A stretch of 64,000 nt of DNA from a virus, in the IMG/VR virus record IMGVR_UViG_3300032770_000009, positions 32,001-96,000 of that record. One strand, written 5' to 3'. Each line of letters starts with the position of its first letter. The first letter of the stretch is position 1. The notes beneath the pieces were generated by a model. That model made no database searches, was not told the DNA's origin, and saw only the letters and a program-made list of their open reading frames with translations. Both the position numbers and the translations under genes were made by a program. Positions 1 to 8,987 of the stretch are shown here, one piece after another.

Positions 1-362
1 AATGCTGTCTTAGTAGGAGCATATGTGAGAGGAATGAAATCGCCGCTGGCATTATCTGACTGAGCGAATAAATCCGCTTCAGTAGCTTCTATATACGGAT
101 CACCGTAATACCTACTGTTAGGTATATTCTCAGAGTTAGGCAACGTTGATGCCCTGCCTGGTATAACACCCGGATATCCTCTAGTGGTTCCTTCTTTGTT
201 ACCAGTAGCCCACACACGCGCTCTGCCAGCTTGAATCGCAGACTGGTCATCATTTACCTGGTTAGGGTTAATAGCTTGCCTACGGGCCGCTCCGCGCTCT
301 ACACCAGCAGATATACGGGGCGCTGGCTTGTTAGTTATTTTAACGCGGCGCTTTGATGCCAT
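1..362 (-). CDS. Partial hypothetical protein (N-terminus MASKRRVKITNKPAPR...; runs off the window)
   Basis: ATG at 362 directly after the stop of the 363..860 gene, with an AGGAG RBS; frame read by eye and appears open towards the window edge. Confidence 0.55.
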   Translation of the reverse strand, partial: MASKRRVKITNKPAPRISAGVERGAARRQAINPNQVNDDQSAIQAGRARVWATGNKEGTTRGYPGVIPGRASTLPNSENIPNSRYYGDPYIEATEADLFAQSDNASGDFIPLTYAPTKTA

Positions 363-860
363 CTATGCTCCTGTAAAGAAATTCGGCAGCAAAGTTGACT
401 GGTCTAGATTTTTTCCTAAAGCCATGTCAGTCCATTGCGTGCCGTCTACTGAGGTTTGTGTTTCAGTGCATGTATTAGGACCGCAAAGGTGATCTCCTCT
501 GCCGTAGTGAGCTGACCACAGCCGGTACTGGGAACGTTTGAATCCGTTAGCATTCATAGTCAGCATCAGACGATCTAAGTTAGACGCCTGAGTATAGATA
601 ACCGGCCTTACAACTTTACGGGCCATCTGCCGGTTAAGCCAGGCATATACATCTGCTATAGTTGCGTCTCCGGTTTCCACATCTAAGCACTCGGCATTTT
701 CTGACGAATTAATAGCTATAGATAAGATTGTAGCATGAGGAAATTCTTTTTGCAGGGTAGAATATGTAGGCCAGTAACCGCCGACATACCCAGCTACATA
801 CTGAGCGTTTTTAGGTATCTGGCTAACGTTAATGCTGTCGTACATTACGAGATTTGCCAT
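363..860 (-). CDS. GH25/DUF1906-like glycoside hydrolase (possible lysin catalytic domain)
   Basis: 165 aa; motifs YDS, LDVETGD, PVIYT, LWSAHY, GTQWT..NLDQS resemble GH25-type muramidase barrels. Confidence 0.5.
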   Translation of the reverse strand: MANLVMYDSINVSQIPKNAQYVAGYVGGYWPTYSTLQKEFPHATILSIAINSSENAECLDVETGDATIADVYAWLNRQMARKVVRPVIYTQASNLDRLMLTMNANGFKRSQYRLWSAHYGRGDHLCGPNTCTETQTSVDGTQWTDMALGKNLDQSTLLPNFFTGA

Positions 861-899
861 GTTATCTCCTTAGATAGTATTTTTTACTATCTAAGTCTA

Positions 900-1148
900 T
901 CAGATGACTTTATGAAACCTCTTCGGGCGGCGCTGCTTGTAAAACAACCAGGTATTGTGAATGTTCGCTATGTGTTCTGCTGCTTCCTGAGAAATGAAAC
1001 AAGCCACTTCACCTTCATAAGATTCACTAGGAGGTATTTCATTAGTCTTAACACACCATCCGCCGATAGTATCTTCCGGCATAGCGAACCATTCTTTATT
1101 TAGATAATCAGGCATGGATCTCCACCGTAAACTGATTCTCGTCTTCAT
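900..1148 (-). CDS. Hypothetical phage protein (probable start MPDYL at about 1115)
   Basis: ORF track; GGAG RBS before the internal ATG. Confidence 0.45.
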   Translation of the reverse strand: MKTRISLRWRSMPDYLNKEWFAMPEDTIGGWCVKTNEIPPSESYEGEVACFISQEAAEHIANIHNTWLFYKQRRPKRFHKVI

Positions 1149-1252
1149 CAGTCCATCTATAATGTAATGGCTGTCCTAGTGGAGTTTTTACTTCTCTTCC
1201 GCCAGGGAACCTAACCATGTAAGCATCTCTTCCAGCTTGAATGGAAACGCTG

Positions 1253-1540
1253 TTATCTCCTGTCTTGCTGTACTGTCCAGTTTGGACGGATGCGCGGACC
1301 TTCTTCATCCGAGACATTATAGTGCGGGCAATGTTTCCCAGCCTGAACATGCCTTCCCCTTTCATCAAACCTGCATATGTCAACTTCAAAAGAATTATGG
1401 TAACTAGTATCATCTGGTCTTCGACGTATCTGTGAATGAAAAACTCTTCGTCTCTCATCCATAGGATCAATGTCCTCTTCTACTTCTTCAAGCGGAGGCT
1501 CTACACCTAAAGTTAACTCCCACGGATCATTAACGCCCAC
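1253..1540 (-). CDS. Hypothetical protein
   Basis: ORF track; tightly packed minus-strand operon. Confidence 0.35.
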   Translation of the reverse strand: MGVNDPWELTLGVEPPLEEVEEDIDPMDERRRVFHSQIRRRPDDTSYHNSFEVDICRFDERGRHVQAGKHCPHYNVSDEEGPRIRPNWTVQQDRR

Positions 1541-1733
1541 GGTACCTTTTACCTTCTATAGTAAAATCCGGCTGGCTGCCAGTACCGCACTCAGCGGTCC
1601 ATTCTTTACCGCATTTATCACACTTCCAGTCACAATACCAAGTGCCGAATCTCAACCTTGTATTACTATGGTGCGGACTCTGATGCTGAGACTGCTTTAT
1701 GCTACTACTTACACAGCCTACTAGATTACCCAT
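1530..1733 (-). CDS. Small Cys/His-rich hypothetical protein
   Basis: 67 aa with CDKCG; overlaps the stop of the upstream gene. Confidence 0.45.
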   Translation of the reverse strand: MGNLVGCVSSSIKQSQHQSPHHSNTRLRFGTWYCDWKCDKCGKEWTAECGTGSQPDFTIEGKRYRGR

Positions 1734-2094
1734 TTCTGAAACCTTTCAGTCGCCAGTTCCACAGTTGCCAGTATTTCTGTCCTTCTTCTGTACTGTCCCA
1801 GTCTGTTATTCTTCTGACGTTATCGACATCCATAAAGTTCCACGGTTTATCCATAGTGACAGCAATAGCAATACGATGAATGCCGTCGCGCAAACGAGTA
1901 AAATCCCTGTTAACATAAAGAGGAATAAGTTGACCGTTGTCATGTAATGATTTACGTAGAATAGCATACTGAGTAGAAATGTCCGCATTAACTTCCTCTA
2001 TCACTTGAGGAAGGAAATCTCCTACTTTCACAAACCCGGTAGGAGAAGGAAAATCTAATTGTTTAATTTTATCGATATGCCATAACTGCTTCAT
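1726..2094 (-). CDS. ParB/Srx-like domain protein
   Basis: GQLIPLYV...RDGIHRIAIA motif; likely start MKQLW at 2094 with GGAG RBS. Confidence 0.55.
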   Translation of the reverse strand: MKQLWHIDKIKQLDFPSPTGFVKVGDFLPQVIEEVNADISTQYAILRKSLHDNGQLIPLYVNRDFTRLRDGIHRIAIAVTMDKPWNFMDVDNVRRITDWDSTEEGQKYWQLWNWRLKGFRNG

Positions 2095-2378
2095 TAACTC
2101 CCCTGTAAAATCTTTTCTGCTATTACAGACATAGTGCAAGAATACTTGCCCTTGCTGCTGTTGTATGAATCTACAATACAAAGCCTGTCTTCGTCTTTAA
2201 TACTGAAATCGTAATCATACCCAAAAAACTCCTCAGCCGCTATGAACGCTTTTCTCTTCATATCATTAAACGTGTCACCATACACATGGACACTTAATCT
2301 TAGTCTCTCAGGCTCTCTAGGTGTACTCGGAATTGAGCTAGGAATGTACCTGTAACTATTAGAACTTAAAAGATCCAT
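2094..2378 (-). CDS. Hypothetical protein
   Basis: ORF track; translationally coupled on both sides. Confidence 0.55.
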   Translation of the reverse strand: MDLLSSNSYRYIPSSIPSTPREPERLRLSVHVYGDTFNDMKRKAFIAAEEFFGYDYDFSIKDEDRLCIVDSYNSSKGKYSCTMSVIAEKILQGS

Positions 2379-2929
2379 TATTTTCCTCCATTAGCTAGAA
2401 TATTTAGTGCTTCGAACATTGCTATTTTTTCTCTCATCCATTTAACTTCTCTAGCATCTGCTAGTGCGTTATGCTTGCTGTCATTTTTTCTGCCGGGATT
2501 ATAACCTAGTCGTTCCATCTCTTGAGCGACATCGTTAGTCCGCTGAACAAACGGCATATCAATCATACGGCCGTAAAGCTGAGCTAGCACAACATGATCA
2601 TATGCGGCAAAGTAAGCCCACAGAGAAGGATTAGCGTATTCGACTACAAAATCTAGAACTTCCTTAGCAATCTCTGAACGGCTCTTAACATTAGCATAAT
2701 CAGGATGACTTTCATCCCATACCGGGAACTTTGGATCTATAGGCTGTGCTAGCGGAAGATAAGGAAGAACGTTAGCTCTAATCCACATATTCTTAGCGGC
2801 GTCCTTGATTAGTTCAAGGTCGTCAACCACAGCATAATATTCCTGATTGTCTTCTCTCACCATACCTATTGAAATAAGCCTTATAGTTTCACCGTTCTCA
2901 AGAAACTCCGTATCATAATATATTTCCAT
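2378..2929 (-). CDS. DEDDh 3'-5' exoribonuclease, RNase AS (Rv2179c)-like
   Basis: YYDTEFLENG..LISIGMVREDN..EYYAV, WAYFAAYDHVVLAQLYGRM and HNALADA motifs. Confidence 0.85.
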   Translation of the reverse strand: MEIYYDTEFLENGETIRLISIGMVREDNQEYYAVVDDLELIKDAAKNMWIRANVLPYLPLAQPIDPKFPVWDESHPDYANVKSRSEIAKEVLDFVVEYANPSLWAYFAAYDHVVLAQLYGRMIDMPFVQRTNDVAQEMERLGYNPGRKNDSKHNALADAREVKWMREKIAMFEALNILANGGK

Positions 2930-2947
2930 TTAACCTCCTTAAATGCA

Positions 2948-2971
2948 TATAGCCACCTTAAGGTGGCTATA
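2948..2971. terminator. Hairpin (putative terminator or processing site)
   Basis: Perfect inverted repeat ATAGCCACC-TTAA-GGTGGCTAT. Confidence 0.4.
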
Positions 2972-2977
2972 GTTACG

Positions 2978-3050
2978 TAGGTACTGACGGAATTGAACCG
3001 CCGACCTGTTGTTTGTAAGACAACCGCTCTCCCAACTGAGCTAAGCACCC
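2978..3050 (-). tRNA. tRNA-Val(UAC)
   Basis: Cloverleaf on minus strand; anticodon arm GTTGT-CTTACAA-ACAAC. Confidence 0.9.
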
Positions 3051-3051
3051 G

Positions 3052-3123
3052 TGATCCTAGAAGGAATCGAACCTTCACCGCCAGAATGAGAATCTGACAT
3101 CCTAGCCGTTAGACGATAGGACC
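3052..3123 (-). tRNA. tRNA-Glu(CUC)
   Basis: Cloverleaf; anticodon loop TTCTCAT; T-loop TTCGATT. Confidence 0.9.
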
Positions 3124-3402
3124 GTTATTTAGTGTTGTCTACAAGAAAACTTTTCTTGCAAGAATTACAGTAGAACACTGATTTAGTAGTATCTTTGTCG
3201 TAAATATAAAAAAACGTGGTGTTTTTCTTACCGCAGTGGGTACATTTCTCACCAAACTTTTTTACCATAGTTGCTTCCTTACTTTGCGAAGTAAGACTCA
3301 CACGAATTACAGAACCACACTTCTTCTCTGTAACGCTCGTCCCATTCTTTGTATCTTGTCTCACTGCTGCCACAGTCTGGACATATCAGCGTCTCACACA
3401 TG

Positions 3403-3475
3403 TGCCGCCAGTAGGACTCGAACCTACGACCCGATCTTTAAGAGAGACCTGCTCTACCAACTGAGCTATGGGGGC
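3403..3475 (-). tRNA. tRNA-Lys(CUU)
   Basis: Cloverleaf; anticodon loop CTCTTAA. Confidence 0.9.
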
Positions 3476-3521
3476 GGGTGGTCCAGTATTATTAGCGTCC
3501 CCTGAACCAAGGGAGGTTTGA

Positions 3522-4451
3522 TTAAGCGGTTGTTACTACGTCAATGAAGCCTGTTGCCTGTCCGTTAGGATCAGGAACACGATTACTGTAGCTAGCTCCT
3601 GCTGCTGCCGGAATAACTAGCATTGAGTATGTGTGGCCAGGTGAAAGACCCCATAGATAACCAACGCCTGAACATGTGTAACCGTAGTGAGGCTGGCCTG
3701 ATGGCGATGTCATACCGTAACCGAATGTTTCGGTTACAACGCAAGAACCATCTGCTGAGTTAACTGGGGGGATATCCCAGCCTACTGTTGCTGTTGAACG
3801 ACCGTCAGTGATGACATGTCCGCCTTCAACGTACGAACGAGTAGAAATCACAGGACTAGTTGTACTTGTGTCATCCCATGTTACAGAACCTTCTACAGGG
3901 TCATTCGTAGTGTTCGTAAACGTTAGTGGTGAGCCGCTAATAGTTGTCGATACTTCAAATGTCGCCGCTGTTACATTCGATGCGGTATTTACATTTGAAT
4001 CTACAACATATAGAGATACGGTTGTGTCTGAAGACGGTAGTACATAGGTGCTTGTATTACCGGGAGTCTGTTCCTGGGGCACGTTATCAAAGTTGTTAGC
4101 TGTTGCATTAGGTGCATTAACAGATAGCCCTGTAGCTGGTGTGTATGTTCCACCAGTTACTAGAGTGTTAACTGCACTAGCAATATCTGCCGCTAGTGTG
4201 GTACCAGTAGCATTTGGATTCTGCTGCTGAACAAACTGCTCTAGATCATAAGTTACGATGGTACCGTTTGATGGTACCGGGCTCTTGTTTGTGACACTCA
4301 GTGTTGACGGTAGCGTGCTACCAATAGGGAATGTAAAGTTAGTGGTTTCTGTAGTTGCGGCATGAGCTGTACTAGCAAAGCCAGCACCCATACCCATAGT
4401 CGCAACAGCGGCAACGCCTACGACTAGTGCTGCGAATTTTGTTCTAAACAT
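3522..4451 (-). CDS. Secreted Thr/Ser-rich beta-rich protein
   Basis: N-terminal signal peptide ending AHA-A; 309 aa. Confidence 0.65.
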   Translation of the reverse strand: MFRTKFAALVVGVAAVATMGMGAGFASTAHAATTETTNFTFPIGSTLPSTLSVTNKSPVPSNGTIVTYDLEQFVQQQNPNATGTTLAADIASAVNTLVTGGTYTPATGLSVNAPNATANNFDNVPQEQTPGNTSTYVLPSSDTTVSLYVVDSNVNTASNVTAATFEVSTTISGSPLTFTNTTNDPVEGSVTWDDTSTTSPVISTRSYVEGGHVITDGRSTATVGWDIPPVNSADGSCVVTETFGYGMTSPSGQPHYGYTCSGVGYLWGLSPGHTYSMLVIPAAAGASYSNRVPDPNGQATGFIDVVTTA

Positions 4452-4480
4452 GATTTTCTTGTTATCCGTTTCGTTTAGGG

Positions 4481-4505
4481 AATATTACTAGCCACAGTAT
4501 ACACT
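4481..4505 (-). promoter_or_regulatory. Putative late promoter motif AGTGTATACTG-N5/6-GTAATATT, copy 1
   Basis: Same motif at 12233-12256 and 14340-14363, and core only at about 56628-56638; always just upstream of a gene start. Confidence 0.5.
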
Positions 4506-4563
4506 GTGGGTCGTGCAAGTAGCCTTCCCGAAAGGGATAGACTCTTATTCGGCGAGAAATTTC

Positions 4564-4624
4564 GGACAATCAACGGGATCTGCCGTGCCGCTTAAGGGAT
4601 AGGTTGTGCCACTGTTAATTATCC
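4564..4624 (-). ncRNA. Stem-loop carrying 2 x GGCAC-N5-AUCCC (copy A)
   Basis: 11-bp closing stem with G-U pairs only on the minus strand; near-identical loop at 9999-10056. Confidence 0.55.
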
Positions 4625-4627
4625 TTG

Positions 4628-4712
4628 AGGAAGCGGTGGGACTCGAACCCACACGGGACGCAATGCCCGTACGCTTTTCAAGAGCGTTCCACACCAGCCA
4701 TGTTAGCGCTTC
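4628..4712 (-). tRNA. tRNA-Ser(UGA)
   Basis: Cloverleaf with long variable arm; loop CTTGAAA. Confidence 0.85.
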
Positions 4713-4729
4713 CATATTTAATTGTTACG

Positions 4730-4818
4730 CGGAGACAGAAGGATTTGAACCTTCGTGAGACGCAATGCTCAACGATATTAGCAGTATCGCGCAATCGACC
4801 AGACTATGCGATGTCTCC
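4730..4818 (-). tRNA. tRNA-Ser(GCU)
   Basis: Cloverleaf with long variable arm; loop CTGCTAA. Confidence 0.9.
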
Positions 4819-4972
4819 ATGTTATTTAATTGTTATCATAGTACAGTCTGCCGCAGCAAATACATCTGTCATTCACCAATCGACAAGTACAGCCGCAGCA
4901 TGTTTCCGGACTCATGTGGTCGCAATTGCATTTACATTTATCGGGTTTCATTTAGTTATTTCCTCCTGTAAG

Positions 4973-5046
4973 AGCGCCCGACCGGACTTGAACCGGCAAA
5001 CCTCTAACTTGGCAAGCTAGCATTCTACCAATTGAACTACGAGCAC
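4973..5046 (-). tRNA. tRNA-Gly(GCC)
   Basis: Cloverleaf; loop TTGCCAA. Confidence 0.9.
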
Positions 5047-5092
5047 ATAAAGCGGAGACTGACGGAATTAACGATCAGCATCTCCGTTTAAG

Positions 5093-5167
5093 CGAGACCA
5101 ACGGGATTTGAACCCGTGACCACTACCTTGACAGGGTAGCGCTCTATCCGGACTGAGCTATGGCCCC
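5093..5167 (-). tRNA. tRNA-Asp(GUC)
   Basis: Cloverleaf; loop CTGTCAA. Confidence 0.9.
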
Positions 5168-5199
5168 ATGACTGCCTCAGAAGAGAGGCAGGTAAATCT

Positions 5200-5228
5200 A
5201 GTCTACACTATAATCGTGCGGATGTCAA
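5200..5228 (-). promoter_or_regulatory. Sigma70/HrdB-type promoter
   Basis: TTGACA-N17-TAGACT on the minus strand, upstream of tRNA-Asp. Confidence 0.55.
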
Positions 5229-5229
5229 G

Positions 5230-5835
5230 CTACTTACCTGTAGCACTCGCCTTGAGAATATCAGGAGAACCTAGTAGCTGAACCTGGTGAGTGCTCTCGT
5301 TCCATGTAGCCGAACCAGAGACAGCATCCACGAAACCCTCCCAGTATTGGATGTACTGCTGACCCTTGCTATTGACACAAAGGACGTTAGTACCTGTAGA
5401 ATCACCAGTGTAAACGCCAGTTGGGTCCATCTGACCGATAACATTATCGCCTTGATTTTCCTGGTAACCGCCACCGTCAGGCTGTGCAACCTGCTGGTCA
5501 GGGTTAGTAAGCTGATCAGAAGATGCGACCGGCATACCGATAGAAGCACACGAAGAGATGGGATTCTGAATTCCTTGATTGAAGAAGAACGTTGTAGTGT
5601 TCTCTCCCTGGGCTTCGATGTCTTCAACATTCTGAAGAGTAGCGCGCTGCTGTGAATAGTTGTAGATATGAACAGGCTGGTTATTAAGTAGATTGTTACT
5701 GTCCTGCTGCTGTGCCTGGCTTTCTTGCTGCTGTGCACTAGGCGGCGTAGAAGCTGAGCTGTCAGAACTGCACCCAGTCATAAAAGCTGCCAGAAGAATC
5801 GCAGCCGATACCCCACCGACGATAAACTTGTTCAT
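5230..5835 (-). CDS. Putative lipoprotein
   Basis: Signal peptide with lipobox-like MTG-C; Gln-rich linker. Confidence 0.65.
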   Translation of the reverse strand: MNKFIVGGVSAAILLAAFMTGCSSDSSASTPPSAQQQESQAQQQDSNNLLNNQPVHIYNYSQQRATLQNVEDIEAQGENTTTFFFNQGIQNPISSCASIGMPVASSDQLTNPDQQVAQPDGGGYQENQGDNVIGQMDPTGVYTGDSTGTNVLCVNSKGQQYIQYWEGFVDAVSGSATWNESTHQVQLLGSPDILKASATGK

Positions 5836-5858
5836 TTGTTTCCTCCTAGATTTTCTTC

Positions 5859-6380
5859 CTAATTGCCCATGTAGTAATACGTTGAGCTTGGGTTCAGACT
5901 ACCATCTGAACAATTTGTGTTGATCCACTTGGTATCGACGTTAGCGGCCGGAAGGGAACCGTTAACTTGAGTAGCCAGATAACAAACCTGACCGGCATCA
6001 TACTCGCGCTGGGACTTAAGCTGATTAGCATAAGTAGTGTCTCCCTGCTGCTGAGCAGAAATGATATCCGTAGAATCGCCATTGACACTCTGAATACCTG
6101 TAACAATTCGCTCACCTAGCGCGGACTGAAAGCTGAAAGACCCCTCAGCAATCTGACCTTCACCATTAGTGATTTGCTTCTGAATTTGTAGCTGGTGCTG
6201 AGTAACGCTCTTTGTTAGTGTCCACGATCCTTCGTAGATAGCGAAGATCCCGTAAACAATTGCGAAGACTACGATAACAGCAGCTACAAAGCCACCTAGA
6301 ATCTTCACCCTACCTCCTAGAGATTCTATAATTCTTTGCCACCGTGTCATATGTGGCGTTAACAAAATCGATCTGGTCAT
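5859..6380 (-). CDS. Membrane-anchored protein (probable GTG start near 6308)
   Basis: Single hydrophobic N-terminal helix; GGAGG RBS before GTG. Confidence 0.6.
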   Translation of the reverse strand: MTRSILLTPHMTRWQRIIESLGGRVKILGGFVAAVIVVFAIVYGIFAIYEGSWTLTKSVTQHQLQIQKQITNGEGQIAEGSFSFQSALGERIVTGIQSVNGDSTDIISAQQQGDTTYANQLKSQREYDAGQVCYLATQVNGSLPAANVDTKWINTNCSDGSLNPSSTYYYMGN

Positions 6381-6552
6381 CTGTATCAGCTTGTTCTAGC
6401 TGAACCATTCTGAGCATTTCAATTTCTTCCATCTTACGTTTCCAGGCTATCGGCGATAGTTTAGTCTTAGCCTGATATTTGAAGCAGTACCTTACGAAAG
6501 GCACGCCTACTGCCGTTGATATCAGCAGAGCAACCCCTAGTATTACTAGCAT
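6310..6552 (-). CDS. Small membrane protein
   Basis: N-terminal TM helix; first gene after the promoter at 6608-6636. Confidence 0.55.
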   Translation of the reverse strand: MLVILGVALLISTAVGVPFVRYCFKYQAKTKLSPIAWKRKMEEIEMLRMVQLEQADTDDQIDFVNATYDTVAKNYRISRR

Positions 6553-6607
6553 GTTAGACCCTTTAGTGTAGGGGGCGAGTTTCCCCGCCCCCTTGCTGTG
6601 TAACTAC

Positions 6608-6655
6608 AAACTACCAGACCCACGGGCATCTGTCAAATCCGGCAAACCGGACATT
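6608..6655 (-). promoter_or_regulatory. Sigma70-type promoter with upstream GGACA box
   Basis: TTGACA-N17-TAGTTT on the minus strand; CCGGACATT (plus-strand reading) upstream of the -35. Confidence 0.65.
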
Positions 6656-8287
6656 CTAGACATCCCAGGGCCAACGACCATCTGAAGAATCTTCTATCAT
6701 TGGTATTAGTTTGAATGTAGCATCTGAAAGACCGCCAAGCTGGTACTTACGGTCCTTACCTACAGGAAGATCAGTAACTTTATAGCCTGCAAGATCGAAT
6801 GCATACACGTAAGCACTGCCAAAGTTGAAGTTAGCGACACCATAGCCATAGCCGTAGTAGCCATGGCCAGGGAAAGATTGTCCATCAGTGAAGATAAACA
6901 CTCTCTTGTGCTTATTCGGATCGAAGTGCTTCTGTAGTGCGTCTAGTGTTTGAGTACCATGTCCTACTTCACCGTTACGACGGTTAACTTCCTCCACTAT
7001 CTTAAGCACAGAAGTACCTGGCTTAACGGTTAGCTTCTTAGAAGAAGAAGCGAACATAACGATATCCACGTTACCTGGAGACTTAGCAGCCACAGCAGCA
7101 CCGAATAGAGCCGCTGCACCAGCACGTGACATCTTGCTCTTGTCAGATATAGGGGCATCCATTGAACCAGATGTGTCTACAAGCACCAAAGTTGAACTGT
7201 CGAACACCGGAATATTCTGAGTAGAATATTCTAGTGCCTGCTCAAGTGCCGCATGGTAGATAAGACTATTAGTCTCATTGAACGCAGAAAGGAATCTGAA
7301 CGGGAACTGTCTTGACTTCTCTATAACCTCCTTGTTGGTCAGTTTGTTGACAACAAGATCACGCACAGCAGTAGAAATACCTGCCTGCTCGAAATTGCGA
7401 AGGTTACGGATAAGAGCCATAATACCCATTGAAGGAATAACTGACTCCCACAACTTGTTCTTAGCCACTTTGGTACCGGCTAGAGAAAGAACATCTTCCC
7501 ATGTAAGACCAGCAGCCTTAACACGATCAGAGTCAAGAAGAGCCTTGACATCCTTAGCCGCATCAGCCCTCAATGACTGGTTAGCTGAAATCATAGGCAG
7601 CAAACTTGTGTCAGTATCAGAGCCATAACGCTTGCTGATTATAAACGAGAACAAAGCACCTTGCCATGGCTTAGAAGGCTTAACGTGAGTCAAATTCAAT
7701 ACATCAGAGAACTTAACTGAATATGCATCGGTGTTGTACTTAAGAACACTGTACTCGTTGTACAACTTAAGTACAGAATCAGAAATACCCCTCTTAACAG
7801 GCTTAGGTAGTTTACCAAACTTAGAAAGCCAGTAAGACACAAACTCGCCTGGTTCGTCAGCACGTGAAAGAACTTCAGAAATGATATGGCGATTCATGCC
7901 CTTCATGCCCATTGACGAAAGCAGCTCGTCTTCCGCTACAGCACCCTTGTTGTTAAGGCGAGCATACACAAAGTGAGCCGCACCTACTACAGACGCGGTA
8001 CGGATGTTAGCTTCTGATCTAAGCCAGATCAGAAACTTCATAGTCCATATAGGATCATAAACAGCTAGTGTCTCTACTAGATCGGTGAACCGCTTGTTAC
8101 GGTCATCACCCTTCTCATAGTAGGTCTTCTCACCGTAAAAGAGGTTTGCACCCAGACGGAAAAGCTCTGTCCTTTTGTCAGAAACAGCACCCTGACCGCC
8201 GCCGTAAGTACGAACACCCGGAACTACTGTTGAAGTCATTGGTGAGACTGGGCCACGGTTTACGGTCTTAGTGTTGATCTTTGACAT
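6656..8287 (-). CDS. rsr: Ro60/Rsr ribonucleoprotein (TROVE domain plus C-terminal vWA)
   Basis: TYGGG..ELFRL..FYGEKTYYE, WLRSEANIRT, RADEPGE, TWEDVLS, MALIRNLRNF, SRQFPFRFLSA and vWA MIDAS LVDTSGSM...FTDGQ; ATG at 8287 with GGAGG RBS. Confidence 0.93.
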   Translation of the reverse strand: MSKINTKTVNRGPVSPMTSTVVPGVRTYGGGQGAVSDKRTELFRLGANLFYGEKTYYEKGDDRNKRFTDLVETLAVYDPIWTMKFLIWLRSEANIRTASVVGAAHFVYARLNNKGAVAEDELLSSMGMKGMNRHIISEVLSRADEPGEFVSYWLSKFGKLPKPVKRGISDSVLKLYNEYSVLKYNTDAYSVKFSDVLNLTHVKPSKPWQGALFSFIISKRYGSDTDTSLLPMISANQSLRADAAKDVKALLDSDRVKAAGLTWEDVLSLAGTKVAKNKLWESVIPSMGIMALIRNLRNFEQAGISTAVRDLVVNKLTNKEVIEKSRQFPFRFLSAFNETNSLIYHAALEQALEYSTQNIPVFDSSTLVLVDTSGSMDAPISDKSKMSRAGAAALFGAAVAAKSPGNVDIVMFASSSKKLTVKPGTSVLKIVEEVNRRNGEVGHGTQTLDALQKHFDPNKHKRVFIFTDGQSFPGHGYYGYGYGVANFNFGSAYVYAFDLAGYKVTDLPVGKDRKYQLGGLSDATFKLIPMIEDSSDGRWPWDV

Positions 8288-8307
8288 TTTTACCTCCAAA
8301 AATATAA

Positions 8308-8385
8308 AGCCCCAAGTTTACATTCGCTTAATCATTTGTTGCAGTGGAAGAACACATGATTTCGATAGGTCGTAAACCTGGAGCG
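8308..8385 (-). ncRNA. Structured RNA or leader hairpin immediately 5' of rsr (possible second Y-RNA class)
   Basis: GCUCCAGGUUUAC/GUAAACUUGGGGC terminal stem with G-U pairs and an inner AAUCAU/AUGAUU stem. Confidence 0.4.
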
Positions 8386-8401
8386 GTTTTTATAGAAACT
8401 G

Positions 8402-8531
8402 TTACCTTGAGAATAAGATTAAGTCAGCATTTGGGATTATGAGTCCCAGTTCCCGCCATGGGAACCCGGGATGTGGCCCCGGGTAATAGAGTCGAACTAT
8501 TGAAGTATCTGACTAAAATGCACCAAAGTAA
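8402..8531 (-). ncRNA. Y-RNA-like unit 1: permuted tRNA(CAU) module, order T-acceptor-D-anticodon
   Basis: Scaffold GGUGCA...AUACUUC...UAUUCUC; insert AAUAG-UUCGACU-CUAUU, ACCCGGG/CCCGGGU, UCCC/GGGA, UGGGA-CUCAUAA-UCCCA. Confidence 0.75.
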
Positions 8532-8540
8532 GTTTATAAA

Positions 8541-8649
8541 TCCTGAGAATAATACATAAACAGCAAGGGAGCCATCCCATACGGCAAGGAATCGAACCTT
8601 AGCCCTGCGAATTGTTGGAGCAGAAGTAGCTGTTTATTTTGCACCAGGA
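8541..8649 (-). ncRNA. Y-RNA-like unit 2: T-arm-containing module
   Basis: Scaffold conserved; insert contains AAGG-UUCGAUU-CCUU. Confidence 0.7.
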
Positions 8650-8662
8650 ATATGAAGTTGTG

Positions 8663-8811
8663 TTGCCTAGAGTATACTGCGGTCACAGTATAGTTTCGTA
8701 AAGCTCTACCATTAAGCTACACCGGGAAGAAGCCCCGGCGTCAGGATTCGAACCTGAATCTCTTGATTAACAGTCAAATTGAAGTAACTGTGTACCTTTG
8801 CACCTAGGCAA
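8663..8811 (-). ncRNA. Y-RNA-like unit 3: permuted tRNA-Asn(GUU) module, order anticodon-T-acceptor-D
   Basis: UUGA-CUGUUAA-UCAA, CAGG-UUCGAAU-CCUG, CGCCGGG/CCCGGUG closed by a loop, GCUU-AAUGGUA-GAGC. Confidence 0.8.
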
Positions 8812-8817
8812 AGCTTA

Positions 8818-8980
8818 TTAATCCAGAGTTTAGGGCGACGACAGATGGCTTGTTATTTTATTTCGCGTCTTTCCAGTTAAACGACAGCCGCATGATTGAG
8901 CGGCCGACAGGATTCGAACCTGTATGACGGTCTCCGCATGACATATTTTGAAGTAACTGTAGTCTTTGCACCTGGATTAA
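8818..8980 (-). ncRNA. Y-RNA-like unit 4: YrlA-type T-acceptor-D module with no anticodon arm
   Basis: ACAGG-UUCGAAU-CCUGU, CGGCCGC/GCGGCUG closed by a loop, GUUU-AACUGGAA-AGAC. Confidence 0.8.
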
Positions 8981-8987
8981 GTTGTGT

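Noticed and set aside
4564-4624. tRNA-associated HDV-like (theta) ribozyme
   Set aside because: Although it lies 3' of a tRNA, I could not build the nested double pseudoknot, and the same motif occurs in the polA leader without a tRNA.
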